DNA of 64,000 bases from Candidatus Binatia bacterium (GCA_963666515.2 OY762897.2:1440001-1504000); one strand, 5' to 3'; shown: positions 32,218 to 44,422, counted from the first letter of the stretch. Made by a program: numbers and translations. The notes: generated from the sequence alone by a model not told the origin.

Positions 32218-34011
32218 TCACACCCTCAGCGCCGCCAGGAACGCCTCCTGGGGTATCTCCACACGGCCCACCGACTTCATGCGCTTCTTGCCCTCCTTCT
32301 GCCGCTCCAGGAGCTTGCGCTTGCGTGTGATGTCGCCTCCGTAGCACTTGGCGGTGACGTTCTTCCGTAGCGCCTTGACCGACTCCCGGGCGATGACGCG
32401 GCTGCCGATGGCCGCCTGGATCACCACCTCGAAGAGCTGGCGCGGGATCAGCTCGCGCATGCGCTGCACCATGTCCCGCCCACGGATATATGCCTTGTCG
32501 CGGTGCACGATCAGCGACATGGCGTCCACCATGTCGCCGTTGATGCGGACGTCCAGCTTGACCAGCTTCGACGGCCGCATGCCGGCCATCTCGTAGTCCA
32601 TGGAGGCGTAGCCGCGGCTCAGGGACTTGAGCCGGTCGTAGAAATCGAAGACGATCTCGTTGAGCGGCAGCTCGTAGGTTACCATCGCCCGGTTGAGCCC
32701 CGCGTAGCGCAGTTCCCGCTGAATGCCGCGCTTTTCCTCGCACAGCTTGAGCACGCTGCCGAGGTAGTCCTGGGGAAGGTGGATGGTGGCCAGGATGAAC
32801 GGCTCCTCGATCATCTCGATGTCGGCCTCGTTGGGGAAGGCCACCGGGTTGTCGATGGACAGCACCTCGCCGGCGTGGGTGGTGACTTGGTAGACCACGG
32901 TGGGCGCGGTGGTGATGAGGGCCAGGTCGAACTCCCGCTCCAGCCGCTCGCGCACGATGTCCAGGTGGAGCAGGCCGAGGAACCCGCAACGGAAGCCGAA
33001 GCCCAGGGCCTGGGAGGTCTCCGCTTCGAAGGTGAAGGACGAGTCGTTGAGGCTCAGCTTTTCCAACGCCGTCCGGAGAGCCTGGTACTGTCCCGAGTCC
33101 GCGGGGTAGAGGCCGCTGAAGACCATGGGCTTGAGCGGCCGGAAACCGTCCAGCGGTTGGCTGGTGGGGCGCCGCTGTGTGGTGACGGTGTCGCCGATGC
33201 GGGCCTCGTGGATGTTCTTGATGGAGGCCATGAGGAAGCCTACCTCGCCCGGACCCAGGCTCTCCACCTCCACCGGACCGGGAGCGAACACGCCCAGCCG
33301 GTTGACCTCGAACACCCCGCCGGTGGACATGAGACGGATGGAGTCGCCGGTGCGGACACTGCCCTCGAAGATGCGCAGCAGGATCACCGCGCCGTGATAG
33401 GGATCGAACCAGCTATCGAAGATGAGGCCACGCAGGGGCGCATCCCGCCCGCCCCCCGGCGGCGGGAAGTTGGCGACGATGCCTTCCAGCACCGCCTCGA
33501 TGCCGATGCCGTTCTTGGCGCTGGCCAGGATGGCCTGGGAGCCGTCCAGGCCGATGACGTCCTCCAGCTCCCGCCGGACCCTTTCCGGATCGGCGCTCGG
33601 CAGGTCGATCTTGTTGATGACCGGAAAGACCTGGAGGTCGTGGTCCAGCGCCAGGTAGACGTTGGCCACGGTCTGCGCCTCCACCCCCTGGGCGGCGTCC
33701 ACCACCAGGATCGCCCCTTCGCAGGCAGCCAGGCTGCGGGAGACCTCGTAGGTGAAATCCACGTGTCCCGGCGTGTCGATGAGGTTCAGGACGTAGTCGC
33801 TGCCGGCGGCGGAGCGGTAGTCGAGCCGCACCGGGCTGGCCTTGATGGTGATGCCGCGCTCGCGCTCCAGCTCCATCTTGTCCAGGAACTGATCGGTCTT
33901 CTCACGCTCGCTGAGGGCGCCGGTGTGCTCCAGCAATCGATCCGCCAGCGTGGACTTGCCGTGGTCGATGTGGGCGATGATGCAGAAGTTCCGTATGCGG
34001 CTGCTATCCAC
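32218..34011 (-). CDS. lepA: Elongation factor 4
   Basis: [29 protein letters not shown]. Confidence 0.98.
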   Translation of the reverse strand: MDSSRIRNFCIIAHIDHGKSTLADRLLEHTGALSEREKTDQFLDKMELERERGITIKASPVRLDYRSAAGSDYVLNLIDTPGHVDFTYEVSRSLAACEGAILVVDAAQGVEAQTVANVYLALDHDLQVFPVINKIDLPSADPERVRRELEDVIGLDGSQAILASAKNGIGIEAVLEGIVANFPPPGGGRDAPLRGLIFDSWFDPYHGAVILLRIFEGSVRTGDSIRLMSTGGVFEVNRLGVFAPGPVEVESLGPGEVGFLMASIKNIHEARIGDTVTTQRRPTSQPLDGFRPLKPMVFSGLYPADSGQYQALRTALEKLSLNDSSFTFEAETSQALGFGFRCGFLGLLHLDIVRERLEREFDLALITTAPTVVYQVTTHAGEVLSIDNPVAFPNEADIEMIEEPFILATIHLPQDYLGSVLKLCEEKRGIQRELRYAGLNRAMVTYELPLNEIVFDFYDRLKSLSRGYASMDYEMAGMRPSKLVKLDVRINGDMVDAMSLIVHRDKAYIRGRDMVQRMRELIPRQLFEVVIQAAIGSRVIARESVKALRKNVTAKCYGGDITRKRKLLERQKEGKKRMKSVGRVEIPQEAFLAALRV

Positions 34012-35308
34012 GGCCCCGCCCTATGGAATAGTAGATGAAACCGTGCCGTTGCATCACGGCCGGATCGTAGAGGTTACGGCCGTCGAAGAGCACCGGCCGG
34101 CGCAGCAGCTCCTTCAGCCGCCCGAAATCCGGGCTGCGGAACTCGTTCCACTCGGTCAGCACCAGCACCGCGTCGGCGCCGTCGGCAACTTCGTAGCTGT
34201 TGGAGCCGTATTCGATCCGGTCTCCATAGCGTTTCCGCGCTTCCTTCATGGCCTCGGGATCGAAGGCGCGCACGCGCGCGCCGGCCTCCAGCAGGCCGTC
34301 GATGACCCGGACGGCCGGAGCCTCGCGCATGTCCTCGGTGCGGGCCTTGAAGGCCAGGCCCCACACCGCCAGGGTGCAGCCCGCCAGGCCGCGGTCGAAA
34401 TGCGCCGCGACCTTCTCCAGCAACAGGCCCTTCTGGGCCTCGTTCACCCGGTCCACGGCCTGAAGCAACGGCATCTCCAGGTCATCCCCTCCCATGGCGA
34501 TCATCGCCCGTATGTCCTTAGGCAGGCAGGACCCGCCGAAGCCGATGCCGGGATAGATGAAGTGGGGGCCGATGCGGTGATCGAGCCCCATGATGCGCCG
34601 GACCTGCTCGATGTCCGCTCCTTCCTTCTCACAGAGCCGCGCGGTCTCGTTGATGAAGGAAATCTTGGTCGCGAGCATGCCGTTGGCCGCGTACTTGCTC
34701 ATCTCGGCGCTACGGGAGTCGGTGAGGATGATCGGGTTGCCCCTGCGCACGAAGGGGTCGTACAGGGCCCTGAGGCGTTCCATCGAAGCGGCGTCCTCGC
34801 CGCCCAGCACCACCCGGTCGGGCTTCATGAAATCCTCCACCGCGGTCCCCTCCTTCAGAAACTCCGGATTCGACACCACCGCCACCGGATGTCCGGCGCC
34901 GGCTTCGATGATCTCCTTGACCCGCGCCGCGGTGCCCACGGGGACCGTGCTCTTGGTCACCACGATCTTGGCGCCGTTCATGGCCCTGGCGATGTCCTCG
35001 GCGACCGCGAACACCTGGCTCAGATCGGCGCCGCCGGCCGACACCTGGGGCGTGCCCACGGCGATGAAGACGATTTCCGCGCCCTCCACGGCTTCAGCCA
35101 GATCGGTGGAGAACGACAGCCTCCCCTCCCGCGTGTTGCGTTGAATCAGCTCATCGAGCCCCAGTTCGTAGAAAGGCACGCGGCCCTGCCGGAGCTGCTC
35201 GATCTTGGCATCGTCCACGTCCACACAGACCACGTCGTTGCCCGTCTCGGCGAAGCAGCTCCCCGTCACCAGCCCCACGTAACCCGTGCCGAGCATTGCG
35301 ATGTTCAT
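34004..35308 (-). CDS. ugd: UDP-glucose 6-dehydrogenase
   Basis: [25 protein letters not shown]. Confidence 0.93.
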   Translation of the reverse strand: MNIAMLGTGYVGLVTGSCFAETGNDVVCVDVDDAKIEQLRQGRVPFYELGLDELIQRNTREGRLSFSTDLAEAVEGAEIVFIAVGTPQVSAGGADLSQVFAVAEDIARAMNGAKIVVTKSTVPVGTAARVKEIIEAGAGHPVAVVSNPEFLKEGTAVEDFMKPDRVVLGGEDAASMERLRALYDPFVRRGNPIILTDSRSAEMSKYAANGMLATKISFINETARLCEKEGADIEQVRRIMGLDHRIGPHFIYPGIGFGGSCLPKDIRAMIAMGGDDLEMPLLQAVDRVNEAQKGLLLEKVAAHFDRGLAGCTLAVWGLAFKARTEDMREAPAVRVIDGLLEAGARVRAFDPEAMKEARKRYGDRIEYGSNSYEVADGADAVLVLTEWNEFRSPDFGRLKELLRRPVLFDGRNLYDPAVMQRHGFIYYSIGRGRG

Positions 35309-35367
35309 GCGATCAACCTGGTGTCCCGTCCGAGTCGTCGAATTCCAGGGGGCGACCCGCGGTCGCC

Positions 35368-36273
35368 CTAGTCGTGGAAACGGGTCAGGTCCACGAAACG
35401 CCGGTAGCGTTCATCGACTTCCGCGCGGTCCAGCCCGATCAGCCGTTGGGGGCCGAACTTCTCCACCGTGAAGGAGGCGGTGACGTTGCCGTAGACGATG
35501 GCGCGGCGAAGCGCGGCGTCGCCGGCGCCGCCCTCGGCGGCCAAGCATCCCATGAAGGCCCCGGCAAAGGAGTCGCCGGCGCCGGTGGGATCCAGCACTT
35601 CCTCCAGCGGATAGGCCGGCACCACGAACGCCGAGTCGCCCGAGAACTGGAACACGCCGTACTCGCCGCGCTTGATGAGCACCACCCGCGGCCCCATGCC
35701 GAGGATGGCGCGTGCGGCGCGGACGATGTTGTGATGGCCGCTCAGCATGCGCGCTTCCGAGTCGTTGATGACCACGGTCTCGACCCGCCCCAGGACCTTC
35801 CTCAACTCCCCGGGATTCTCGCCGATCCAGTGGTCCATGGTGTCGCAGGCCACCAGCCGCGGCTGCTTCAGGCGCGACACCACCTCCAACTGCGCCTCGG
35901 GGTGCATGTTGCCGAGGAAAGCGTACTCCGTGTCCTCGTAGCCGGCGGGCAGGCGCGGCACGAAGTCCTCCAGCACGTTGAGTTGGACCTCCAGGGTATC
36001 GCGGACGTTCAGGTCCTCGTGATACCGCCCGTGCCAGAAGAAGGTTTTGCCCCCGGCCCGCTGCAACCCCTCCAGGTCGGCGCCGCTGCGCGAGAGCGTG
36101 GTGACGTGCTCCTCCGGGAAGTCCTCGCCGACCACGCCGACGATCCGCACCGGCGCGAAGCACGCCGCCGCCAGGGCGAAATACGCCGCCGATCCGCCGA
36201 GCACCCGGTCGACCCGGCCGTGCGGGGTCTCGATGGAATCGAAGGCCATGGAACCCACCACCAGAACGCTCAT
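35368..36273 (-). CDS. PfkB-family sugar/nucleoside kinase
   Basis: LGGSAAY, DPTGAGDSFAG. Confidence 0.9.
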   Translation of the reverse strand: MSVLVVGSMAFDSIETPHGRVDRVLGGSAAYFALAAACFAPVRIVGVVGEDFPEEHVTTLSRSGADLEGLQRAGGKTFFWHGRYHEDLNVRDTLEVQLNVLEDFVPRLPAGYEDTEYAFLGNMHPEAQLEVVSRLKQPRLVACDTMDHWIGENPGELRKVLGRVETVVINDSEARMLSGHHNIVRAARAILGMGPRVVLIKRGEYGVFQFSGDSAFVVPAYPLEEVLDPTGAGDSFAGAFMGCLAAEGGAGDAALRRAIVYGNVTASFTVEKFGPQRLIGLDRAEVDERYRRFVDLTRFHD

Positions 36274-36304
36274 GTTCACGATCCTCCCCACTCAGACTGC
36301 GTGC

Positions 36305-37168
36305 TCAGAGATACTTGTCCACCAGCGGCGCCAGCTTCTCCCGGGTGGCCTCCGGAATCACCGAGCGGTCGGTGACGATGGCCATCGCCAGGGCCGTGGC
36401 GCAGGGGCACGGCCGTTCCGGCGACAACCGCTCCAGCGTGCCCCGGATGATGCGCTTGGCCACGTCCGCGTTCTTCTGCAGCACCGCGATGATCTCCTCG
36501 ATGTCCACGTCGCCGGCGGCTTCGTTCCAGCAGTCGTAGTCCGTCGACATGGCGATGGTGGCGAAGCAGATCTCGGCCTCCCGCGCCAGCTTGGCTTCCT
36601 GCAGGTTGGTCATGCCGATGACGTCCGCACCCCAGCTCCGGTGCAGCGCGGACTCCGCGCGGGTGGAGAACTGCGGCCCTTCCATGCAGACGTAGGTGCC
36701 GCGGCCGTGCACCTGGATGTCCTCGGTCGCGGCCGCCTCGGCCACGACGGCGCGCAGGTCGTTGCAGAACGGATCCGCGAACTGGACGTGGGCGACGATG
36801 CCGTCGCCGAAGAACGTGGGTGAACGCCTGTAGGTGCGGTCGATGAACTGGTCCGGCAGCACTACGTGGCCCGGCTCGATCTCCAGCTTGAGGCTGCCCA
36901 CCGCGCTCACCGACAGGAGCCGCCCGACGCCCAGTTTTTTCATGCCGAAGATGTTGGCGCGGTTGTTGACCTCGGTGGGCAGGAGCCGGTGTCCCTTGCC
37001 GTGACGCGGCAGAAAAGCCACGTCGGTCCCGCCCAGGGATCCCAGCACGAAGGCGCCCGAAGGTGCGCCGAAGGGAGTCTCCACCTCCACCTCGCGCACC
37101 TCGCTCAATCCCTCCATCTCGTAGAGGCCCGTACCGCCGATGACGCCCAGCATCGTCTTCTGTTCCAC
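36305..37168 (-). CDS. mtnP: S-methyl-5'-thioadenosine phosphorylase
   Basis: GVIGGTG, RHGKGH, EGPQFSTRAES, TDYDCW. Confidence 0.95.
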   Translation of the reverse strand: MEQKTMLGVIGGTGLYEMEGLSEVREVEVETPFGAPSGAFVLGSLGGTDVAFLPRHGKGHRLLPTEVNNRANIFGMKKLGVGRLLSVSAVGSLKLEIEPGHVVLPDQFIDRTYRRSPTFFGDGIVAHVQFADPFCNDLRAVVAEAAATEDIQVHGRGTYVCMEGPQFSTRAESALHRSWGADVIGMTNLQEAKLAREAEICFATIAMSTDYDCWNEAAGDVDIEEIIAVLQKNADVAKRIIRGTLERLSPERPCPCATALAMAIVTDRSVIPEATREKLAPLVDKYL

Positions 37169-37252
37169 CTTCCTTCATCCTTACGCCCTGACGGGGCTGT
37201 CACATGCCGGGTGGTGTCCCGGTGCGCGCCCTGCAAGGCAGTTGATGGCAGT

Positions 37253-40200
37253 TCATCCGTCTTTCGTGTCGAGCAGGTCGTCTGCACCCAGCCGTATCGC
37301 CGGCGGTTTGCGCATTTCCGCCGGAACGCGCGGCAACTCGGTGGCCAGGAACAGGTTGTTGGTGATGACGGCTTCAAACAATTGTGCCTGTCTGTGGTAT
37401 TCGGCGAGGGTTGCCTCCAAAACCCAAAGCAATTCAAGCAGTTCAGTAGTGAACGAACTGGTCCAGCGCGTGGGACGTATGTCGTCCAGCGGCGAGGACT
37501 TCCGGCCCGCGCCTTGTCTCATGCGGTACTTGAGCCACGATTGTACGACCTTGAGGCCCGACACGTTGAACTCGTACACATCAGGGGCGACGGGGGCGAA
37601 CTCACCTTGCCCGATGCGGAGTGTCTGCGTTGTATCGGTGTACGTGAACCGTTCTGGGTAATGAGCATCGTCGCTTGGCACTGCCTTTGTACACCGCGCC
37701 ACGCCGGGCGAGACTGTGCCGGGAGGCTTGCCTTGAGGTACGAATCGCTGGCCGTAGGTGTGTAGATGCAGCAGGCGGGCACCAATATCGCGGACTTGGG
37801 AGAACAGGGCGGCGTCCCTGGTGATAGGTACGCGCAGTTGGCGCGTTTCCAATGGCTTGGCGAACCGGGCGGAAAAGGAGGGGTGACCCAGAACGCCGTA
37901 GACGTAGGCGAGGAAATCTTCGGGACCGACTTCGCACTCGTAGGCTTCACTGAGGATTTCAAGCAGATCGGGGAGGATGTTCGGTTCCGAAACGTCAGCG
38001 GTGCGGTAGAGGGGGAAGACCGCCTTTGCCCCGTATGAGCCGCGGAAATGGTCAAGATCCGGGAGTTCCGCGGAGACTGTCAGCGGAGGTCCCTCTCCGA
38101 TCGGATGGCTCAACAGGCTGGTCAAGCATATCTGCCGCTCGCTGCGGGTGCGCCATAAGGTCGGCGCAGGTCTGTCCAGGAGCCGGGCGTCCGCAAGGAC
38201 GAATTGCCTGTCGAACGACCTGTATGCGTACCGGATGATGTCGGGCGCGGGACTGCCTTGTGCAAGGTCGGCAAGCGGTTTCAGCGTGGCGTCGGATGGG
38301 GACAACTGTCTTGCGGTCTCGTGTGCCTTGCGTCCGGTCGGAGAGTCTTTGAAAAGGTTCTTGCGGTTGTCCCTTTCAGCTTGAAGCAAGACCTTCCATC
38401 TTTCTTCAAGCAACTCTTTTTCGGGGGCAATCACCCAGGTGCGTCCGGCCTTGACGCCCGATTGCTGCCACGGCATCAGATCGGCAAGCAAGGGCCATGC
38501 AAAGTAATCTCCTTCGCCTGACGGACGGAAGGGAGACTGCCAATTGTCTGGGCACTCCTGCCATTCCACGTTTCCAGAGCCTTGGATGGCGTCGAGCGCG
38601 ACGAGTTTCTCTTCGCGTGTTCCGTCGATACGGGCGTAATGGACGACTGCAGGTTCGTCCTTTCTCTTGTTCTCCGAACGGAATGCGACGGCAATGGCCA
38701 CCGGCGTCTGGATGGCAAACACGTTGTCGCTCCGGCGCGTACCGCGCCCTTCCCCGCCAAGGTCGAGGATCCAGATATCGTCACAGAGGCGACGCATGTG
38801 TTCGCGCATTCCGGCAAATGCGTCGCCATCAAGGTAGCTCGATGCACTGATGAAGCTGACGATGCCTGGTCCTTTCGCCGCCTCCTGCTCGAAGACCTTC
38901 CACAAGGCCCAGCGCCAGAAATAGACGTAGAGATTGTAGAGGTTCTTGACGTGGATGCCGTACCCGGCGGCGATGGCGGGGGCGAGGAAGTCGCCGAGGA
39001 TTGCATCCGCGCCCTTGCCGTCGTCGCCCCAACGAACCCAGGAACCGGTCCGATGGCCATTGGTCGGTGTAGCGGCTTCATGGCGGTCATAAGGAGGATT
39101 GCCAAGGCAAACGAGGACCGGCACTTCGCTCTTGACCCGCAGTGCCCTTATCCGTTGTTCGGCGATGGGCTGTAGAAACAGCGGCAACTGTGGCGGGTCG
39201 GCGTTGGGGCCTTCAAGCGTATCCGTCAGATAGACGCGCGGGCCGTCCGCGGGCACAACTGCCCCGCGGTCTCTCAGTACCCGGCTGACCCGGAGTTCGC
39301 ACACCGCGTAGGGACCGACCAGCCGTTCAAAGCCGTACAGGCTTTCAGCGAGACCGCTAGCCTGGCCAGCCACAGCGCCCTCGCCCTGCTCGGCTTCGAC
39401 GCGCGCGAGGGCGTGTTCGACAACACCGAGCAGATAGGTTCCGGTTCCGACCGCTGGATCCAGGGTGACGACGTCGGGGTCGGCAAACCCCAGCGGCTTG
39501 CCGAGGCGATGAACGAGCAGCTCGTCGACAAGCCTCACTTGAGCGCGGACAACCTGGACCGGGGTGTAGTAGGCGCCGGCGTCTTTGCGCAACTTGGGAT
39601 CGTACACGGCGAGGAAATCTTCGTAGAAGTAGAGCCACGGGTCATCGGGACCGGCGAGGGTTGCCGGTGGGACAACGGCGATGACACGCAATAGCAAGTC
39701 GAGGGACGCAGCGATATCGGATCGAGCCTGGATGTCCGTCAGAATCTGCAAGGCCCGCGACAACAGATTGTGCTGTGCGTCGAGTACCTGCACTGCGCTT
39801 TCGAGCGTGAAGGCGTGAGCCGCTTCGCTACGACCCAGCAGCAGGGCAAAGGTGACCGTCTGAGAATAGGCGTCGGCGAATTGTGCGTCCGTGGCGTCCG
39901 GGAACAGGAGTTGTCGCCAGTCTTTTGCCAAACGTGCAAGGGGCGAATCCGGGCATTTGAGCGCATCGGTCACGTCGTCTCGGAGCAGCCGGCACAGTGG
40001 GGCCAACAGCAAGGCAAAGCCCTTGAGGTCGATCTTTCCCTTGGAATCAGTCGGGATGATGGGATTCCACGAAAGGAAGTCGCGCAGAAGGGACTCGACG
40101 GCTTCGGCGTCTTGCGGCTCCGGGGCTTCGCGGCCGTCGGTGGCCACATCACCCGCCAACCGGACCACCTTGTCCACCAATTCTCCGTCGCGGTACAGTG

Positions 40201-40570
40201 CCCATTCGTTGCCGTCGGTGTAAAGAATGTTGGGTGTCGCGGAGAAGCGCTCGAACTGAGCGCGATTACGCCCTTTGAATCGATTCGCCGTCGCGCCGGT
40301 GCCAGGGGCCTTCAGTTCGACGTACCCGGCTAACAACTGATTGAGATGAATGGCGTAATCCGGGCGACCGAGCCGGTCGGGCAGCGGCGTTTCGCCAGTG
40401 CAGACGACGTTCCAGCCGAGAACTCGGGCCACTTCGGTGATAAATATCTCAAACGGCCCGCGCACCTGGTCTTCCGGTTCACCCGGGGTGAGCTGGGTCA
40501 TCTTGGCCGTCACCGAAGCGGCGAAGTCTTGCAGGGCCGTGTGGATTGAGAGGCTTTGAATCATTAGCAT
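37253..40570 (-). CDS. Single-polypeptide restriction-modification enzyme (type IIG/ISP-like: nuclease + N6-adenine MTase + specificity domain)
   Basis: RPDY...YVELKAP PD-(D/E)xK; GAYYTP, DPAVGTGTY, GNPPY; no helicase motifs seen. Confidence 0.85.
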   Translation of the reverse strand: MLMIQSLSIHTALQDFAASVTAKMTQLTPGEPEDQVRGPFEIFITEVARVLGWNVVCTGETPLPDRLGRPDYAIHLNQLLAGYVELKAPGTGATANRFKGRNRAQFERFSATPNILYTDGNEWALYRDGELVDKVVRLAGDVATDGREAPEPQDAEAVESLLRDFLSWNPIIPTDSKGKIDLKGFALLLAPLCRLLRDDVTDALKCPDSPLARLAKDWRQLLFPDATDAQFADAYSQTVTFALLLGRSEAAHAFTLESAVQVLDAQHNLLSRALQILTDIQARSDIAASLDLLLRVIAVVPPATLAGPDDPWLYFYEDFLAVYDPKLRKDAGAYYTPVQVVRAQVRLVDELLVHRLGKPLGFADPDVVTLDPAVGTGTYLLGVVEHALARVEAEQGEGAVAGQASGLAESLYGFERLVGPYAVCELRVSRVLRDRGAVVPADGPRVYLTDTLEGPNADPPQLPLFLQPIAEQRIRALRVKSEVPVLVCLGNPPYDRHEAATPTNGHRTGSWVRWGDDGKGADAILGDFLAPAIAAGYGIHVKNLYNLYVYFWRWALWKVFEQEAAKGPGIVSFISASSYLDGDAFAGMREHMRRLCDDIWILDLGGEGRGTRRSDNVFAIQTPVAIAVAFRSENKRKDEPAVVHYARIDGTREEKLVALDAIQGSGNVEWQECPDNWQSPFRPSGEGDYFAWPLLADLMPWQQSGVKAGRTWVIAPEKELLEERWKVLLQAERDNRKNLFKDSPTGRKAHETARQLSPSDATLKPLADLAQGSPAPDIIRYAYRSFDRQFVLADARLLDRPAPTLWRTRSERQICLTSLLSHPIGEGPPLTVSAELPDLDHFRGSYGAKAVFPLYRTADVSEPNILPDLLEILSEAYECEVGPEDFLAYVYGVLGHPSFSARFAKPLETRQLRVPITRDAALFSQVRDIGARLLHLHTYGQRFVPQGKPPGTVSPGVARCTKAVPSDDAHYPERFTYTDTTQTLRIGQGEFAPVAPDVYEFNVSGLKVVQSWLKYRMRQGAGRKSSPLDDIRPTRWTSSFTTELLELLWVLEATLAEYHRQAQLFEAVITNNLFLATELPRVPAEMRKPPAIRLGADDLLDTKDG

Positions 40571-40635
40571 CCAACGCCGTTGCCGTTCCGATCTTTCATG
40601 ATTGGATAAAGCGAGTCGGTAGAGGAGGTGCGCGT

Positions 40636-41826
40636 TCAGGGTATGCGTTGTCTGTGGTTTTCCCCACTTACAGAAAAGCCGGAAGAGCCGACAAAAGCAA
40701 GCATGTTGGTATCCTTGTCGTTCTCCGCTCCGGCGACCGCGTGGTACAACTGTCCGCAGGCCGCCTGGATGTCCTCGCCCCGTGGCCGCCGCACATGGGC
40801 CTGGATGCCGCGGGCGCGCAGGGTCTCTCCGAAACGCTCGATGACAGGGTCCGGCGGCCGGCGGTAGCGGCTCCCTTCGTGGGGGTTGAAGGGTATCAGG
40901 TTCACCTTGCAACGGATGCCGCGAAGCTTGTTCGCCAGTTCCGCGGCGTCCGCGGCGAGGTCGTTCACGCCGTCGATGAGCAGGTACTCGAAGGTGATGC
41001 GCTTGCGCCGCGGCACCGGCAGCGAACGGCAGCATTCGAGCAGTTCCGAGACGGGATACTTCCGGTTGACCGGCATCAGCTCCGAACGGACCTCATCCCG
41101 CACCGAATGGAGCGAGATGGCCAGGTTGACCCGCGTCTCCTCCATGAGACGCCGCATCTGTGGCAAGAGGCCCACGGTGGAAACGGTGATCTTGCGGGGT
41201 GAAATACCCATGCCGCTGCGGGCGTCGGTAATGGTTTCCAGCGCCGCGCTCGTGGCGTCGTAATTGGCCAAAGGCTCGCCCATGCCCATGAAGACCAAGT
41301 TCGAGATTCGCCGGTCGTCCGGGCACCGGCGCTGCGCCTCCAGGACTTGGGCCACGATCTCCGCCGCTGTGAGGTTGCGCTTGAGCCCCATGCGCGCGGT
41401 GGCGCAAAAGACACAGCCCAGGCCGCACCCCGCCTGTGTCGACACGCACAGGGTCGCCCGGTCCGGCTCCGGGATGCAGACGGTCTCCACCACGTTGCCG
41501 TCACGCAAGCGCAGGAGGTACTTGACGGTGCCGTCCCGGGAACGGCTTTGTTGCTGCACCGTCAGGCTGCCGATGACGAACTCCCCGGCCAGTGCCTGCC
41601 GCAACCGTAGCGGGACATCGGTCATGGCGTCGAACGCGGTGGCATGCTTCCGGAACAGCCACGCCCTGATCTGATCGGCGCGATAGGCGGGGAGCCCGCG
41701 GGCGTCGAGCCATGCGCTCAACTCGGCATGGCTCAGGCCTTCAAGCGGGCGTCGGGTATCGGCTGAATCGCCGCCTGGAGATGACGCGGGCGGCCTTTGT
41801 CCTTCGGTTATGGAATCCAGCTCCAT
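40636..41826 (-). CDS. rlmN: 23S rRNA/tRNA m2A methyltransferase
   Basis: CVSTQAGCGLGCVFCAT, FMGMGEP, DIQAACGQL. Confidence 0.95.
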   Translation of the reverse strand: MELDSITEGQRPPASSPGGDSADTRRPLEGLSHAELSAWLDARGLPAYRADQIRAWLFRKHATAFDAMTDVPLRLRQALAGEFVIGSLTVQQQSRSRDGTVKYLLRLRDGNVVETVCIPEPDRATLCVSTQAGCGLGCVFCATARMGLKRNLTAAEIVAQVLEAQRRCPDDRRISNLVFMGMGEPLANYDATSAALETITDARSGMGISPRKITVSTVGLLPQMRRLMEETRVNLAISLHSVRDEVRSELMPVNRKYPVSELLECCRSLPVPRRKRITFEYLLIDGVNDLAADAAELANKLRGIRCKVNLIPFNPHEGSRYRRPPDPVIERFGETLRARGIQAHVRRPRGEDIQAACGQLYHAVAGAENDKDTNMLAFVGSSGFSVSGENHRQRIP

Positions 41827-41860
41827 GCGCGCTCACTCTGGCCGGGTCAGCCACATACGG

Positions 41861-41887
41861 TGGATTCCCGCTTGCGCGGGAATGGCG
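41861..41887. repeat. REP/dRS3-like palindrome
   Basis: TGGATTCCCGC-TTGC-GCGGGAATG. Confidence 0.7.
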
Positions 41888-41919
41888 TTTGCGGTTCGTG
41901 GCGCCGGCGCCCCAACGTC

Positions 41920-42345
41920 TCAAGCGCCGGACGACTGGATCTCGTCGGCTTTGAAGAAGAACGCGATCTCCGCGGCCGCGGTCTCGGGGGCGTCGGACCC
42001 GTGCACTGCGTTGGCTTCCACGTTGGTGCCCCAATCCTTGCGGATGGTTCCCGGATCGGCTTTGGCCGGGTCGGTGGCGCCCATGATCTCCCGGTTCTTC
42101 GCGATCGCTCCGTCGCCTTCGAGGACCGACACGAAGATGGGGCCCGTGGACATGTAGTCGGTCAGGCTGTTGAAGAACGGCCGCTCCCGGTGCACCTCGT
42201 AGAAGGACTCCGCCCGCTGTTTGTCCAGCCGGGTCAGTTTCGCCGCTACCACCTTGAGCCCCGCGTGCTCGAAACGGCTCAGAATGTCCCCGATGAGCCC
42301 GCGATCCACGGCCTCCGGCTTGATGATCGACAGTGTTCTCTCCAT
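41920..42345 (-). CDS. ndk: Nucleoside diphosphate kinase
   Basis: [17 protein letters not shown]. Confidence 0.98.
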   Translation of the reverse strand: MERTLSIIKPEAVDRGLIGDILSRFEHAGLKVVAAKLTRLDKQRAESFYEVHRERPFFNSLTDYMSTGPIFVSVLEGDGAIAKNREIMGATDPAKADPGTIRKDWGTNVEANAVHGSDAPETAAAEIAFFFKADEIQSSGA

Positions 42346-42350
42346 AACCG

Positions 42351-43220
42351 CTATCCCAACGCTTTCCTCATGGTTTGACCGATCTCGGCGGGCGACGGCG
42401 CCATGTGCACGCCCGCGGCGCGCAGCGCCTCGACCTTCTCCGCCGCGGTGCCCTTGCCTCCGGATATGATGGCGCCGGCATGTCCCATGCGCTTCCCCGG
42501 TGGCGCGGTCTGGCCGACGATGAAGCCCACCACGGGCTTCTTCATGTGCGCCCGGATCCAGTCCGCGGCGTCCTGCTCGGCGCTGCCGCCGATCTCGCCG
42601 ATGAGCACCACCGCCTCGGTCTCCTCGTCCTCGTTGAACCGGGCGAGCACGTCGATGAAGTTGAGCCCGCGGATGGGGTCGCCGCCGATGCCCACGCAGG
42701 TGGACTGTCCCATGCCCAGGCGGGTGAGCTGGTCCACGGCTTCATAGGTGAGGGTGCCGCTGCGGGAGATCACGCCGATGCTGCCGCGCTTGTGGATGTG
42801 TCCGGGCATGATGCCGATCTTGCATTCGTCCGGCGTGATGACGCCGGGGCAGTTGGGGCCCACCAGCACGGTGCCGCGATCGTGGAGGTAGCGCTTCACC
42901 CGCATCATGTCCTGGACCGGCACGCCCTCGGTGATGCAGATGACCAGCGGCACGCCCGCATCCGAGGACTCCATGATGGCGTCCGCGGCGAACGGAGGCG
43001 GCACGTAGATGACGCTGGCGTTGGCCGCGGTCTCCCGCACGGCCTCTTCCACGCTGTCGAATATGGGGATGTCCTCGAAGGACGTCCCGCCTTTCCCCGG
43101 CGTGACCCCGGCCACCATTTGCGTGCCGTATTCCTTGCAGGTCCGGGTGTGGAACTGGCCCGTGGCGCCGGTGATCCCCTGGGTCAGCACCCGGGTCTCG
43201 GAATTCACCAGGATGCTCAT
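42351..43220 (-). CDS. sucD: Succinyl-CoA synthetase alpha subunit
   Basis: QGITG, GPNCPG, RMGHAGA. Confidence 0.98.
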   Translation of the reverse strand: MSILVNSETRVLTQGITGATGQFHTRTCKEYGTQMVAGVTPGKGGTSFEDIPIFDSVEEAVRETAANASVIYVPPPFAADAIMESSDAGVPLVICITEGVPVQDMMRVKRYLHDRGTVLVGPNCPGVITPDECKIGIMPGHIHKRGSIGVISRSGTLTYEAVDQLTRLGMGQSTCVGIGGDPIRGLNFIDVLARFNEDEETEAVVLIGEIGGSAEQDAADWIRAHMKKPVVGFIVGQTAPPGKRMGHAGAIISGGKGTAAEKVEALRAAGVHMAPSPAEIGQTMRKALG

Positions 43221-44392
43221 GTCCGCCCCTCTTCCGCCTGTACGGCCTGCACGATCTTCTGCGCCGCGTCGGCGATGGTGTCCGCGGCGATGATGCTCAG
43301 GTCGGACCCGGACAGCAGCTCTCTCCCCTGCTCCACGTTGGTGCCCTGGAGCCGCACCACCAGCGGCACGCTGACGCCGATCTCCCTGGCGGCGTCGATG
43401 ATGCCGGCGGCGATGACGTCGCAGCGCATGATGCCGCCGAAGATGTTCACCAGCACGCCGCGCACCTTGTCGTCCGACAACAGCAGCCGGAAGGCCTGTC
43501 CCACCATCTCCTTGCTGGCGCCGCCGCCCACGTCGAGGAAGTTGGCCGGCATGCCGCCGTACTGCTGGATGATGTCCATGGTGCCCATGGCCAGGCCCGC
43601 GCCGTTGACCATGCAGCCGATGTTGCCGTCCAGGGCCACGTAGGAGATACCCAGGTCCGCGGCCGTGACCTCCTTGGGGTCCTCCTCGTTGACGTCCCGC
43701 AGCTCCGCCACCTCCTTCTGGCGGAAGAGCGCGTTGCCGTCGAAGTTCATTTTGGCGTCCAGCACGAGGAAACGGCCGTCGTCGAGCTGGGCCAGCGGGT
43801 TCACTTCGAGCTGCATGCAGTCGGAGTCCAGGAAAGCCCGGTACAGGGCCTTGAGCAGGGTTCCGAAGGCGCCCACCTCCTTGCCGGAAAGACCCAGGCG
43901 GCCCGCCACCCGGCGGATCTGGAACGGCGCCACCCCTACGAGCGGATCCACCAGTTCGATGATGATCGCGTCGGGGGTCTCCTTGGCCACCTCCTCGATC
44001 TCCATTCCTCCCTCACGGCAGGCGATGACGGCGGGCTGTCCGGCTGCGGCGTCCAGGACGATGCTGCAATAGAGTTCCCTGGCGATCCGCGACGCCTCCT
44101 CCACCCACACGCGCCGGACCACTCTTCCCTCCGGCCCGGTCTGGTGCGTGACCAGGGGCTTGCCCAGGAGACCCTCGGCAAAAGCTTCCGCCTCGTCGGC
44201 CGTGTGGACGACCTTGACTCCGCCGGCCTTGCCTCGCCCGCCGGCGTGGATCTGTGCCTTGACGACGCAGGGAAAGCCGATCTCCTCGGCCGCGGCCCGC
44301 GCCTCGCCGGCCGTGGCCGCCACCCGTCCCCCGGGCACGGCCACGCCGAACCGCGCAAGCCACTCTTTCGCCTGGTATTCGTGAATGTTCAT
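43217..44392 (-). CDS. sucC: Succinyl-CoA synthetase beta subunit
   Basis: [25 protein letters not shown]. Confidence 0.98.
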   Translation of the reverse strand: MNIHEYQAKEWLARFGVAVPGGRVAATAGEARAAAEEIGFPCVVKAQIHAGGRGKAGGVKVVHTADEAEAFAEGLLGKPLVTHQTGPEGRVVRRVWVEEASRIARELYCSIVLDAAAGQPAVIACREGGMEIEEVAKETPDAIIIELVDPLVGVAPFQIRRVAGRLGLSGKEVGAFGTLLKALYRAFLDSDCMQLEVNPLAQLDDGRFLVLDAKMNFDGNALFRQKEVAELRDVNEEDPKEVTAADLGISYVALDGNIGCMVNGAGLAMGTMDIIQQYGGMPANFLDVGGGASKEMVGQAFRLLLSDDKVRGVLVNIFGGIMRCDVIAAGIIDAAREIGVSVPLVVRLQGTNVEQGRELLSGSDLSIIAADTIADAAQKIVQAVQAEEGRT

Positions 44393-44422
44393 GGAACTGC
44401 TGAAATCACGCGCCGCACCGCT

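Noticed and set aside
40571-41035. N-terminal extension of the R-M ORF (1260 aa call)
   Set aside because: Overlaps rlmN in another frame; family-like sequence begins near 40570
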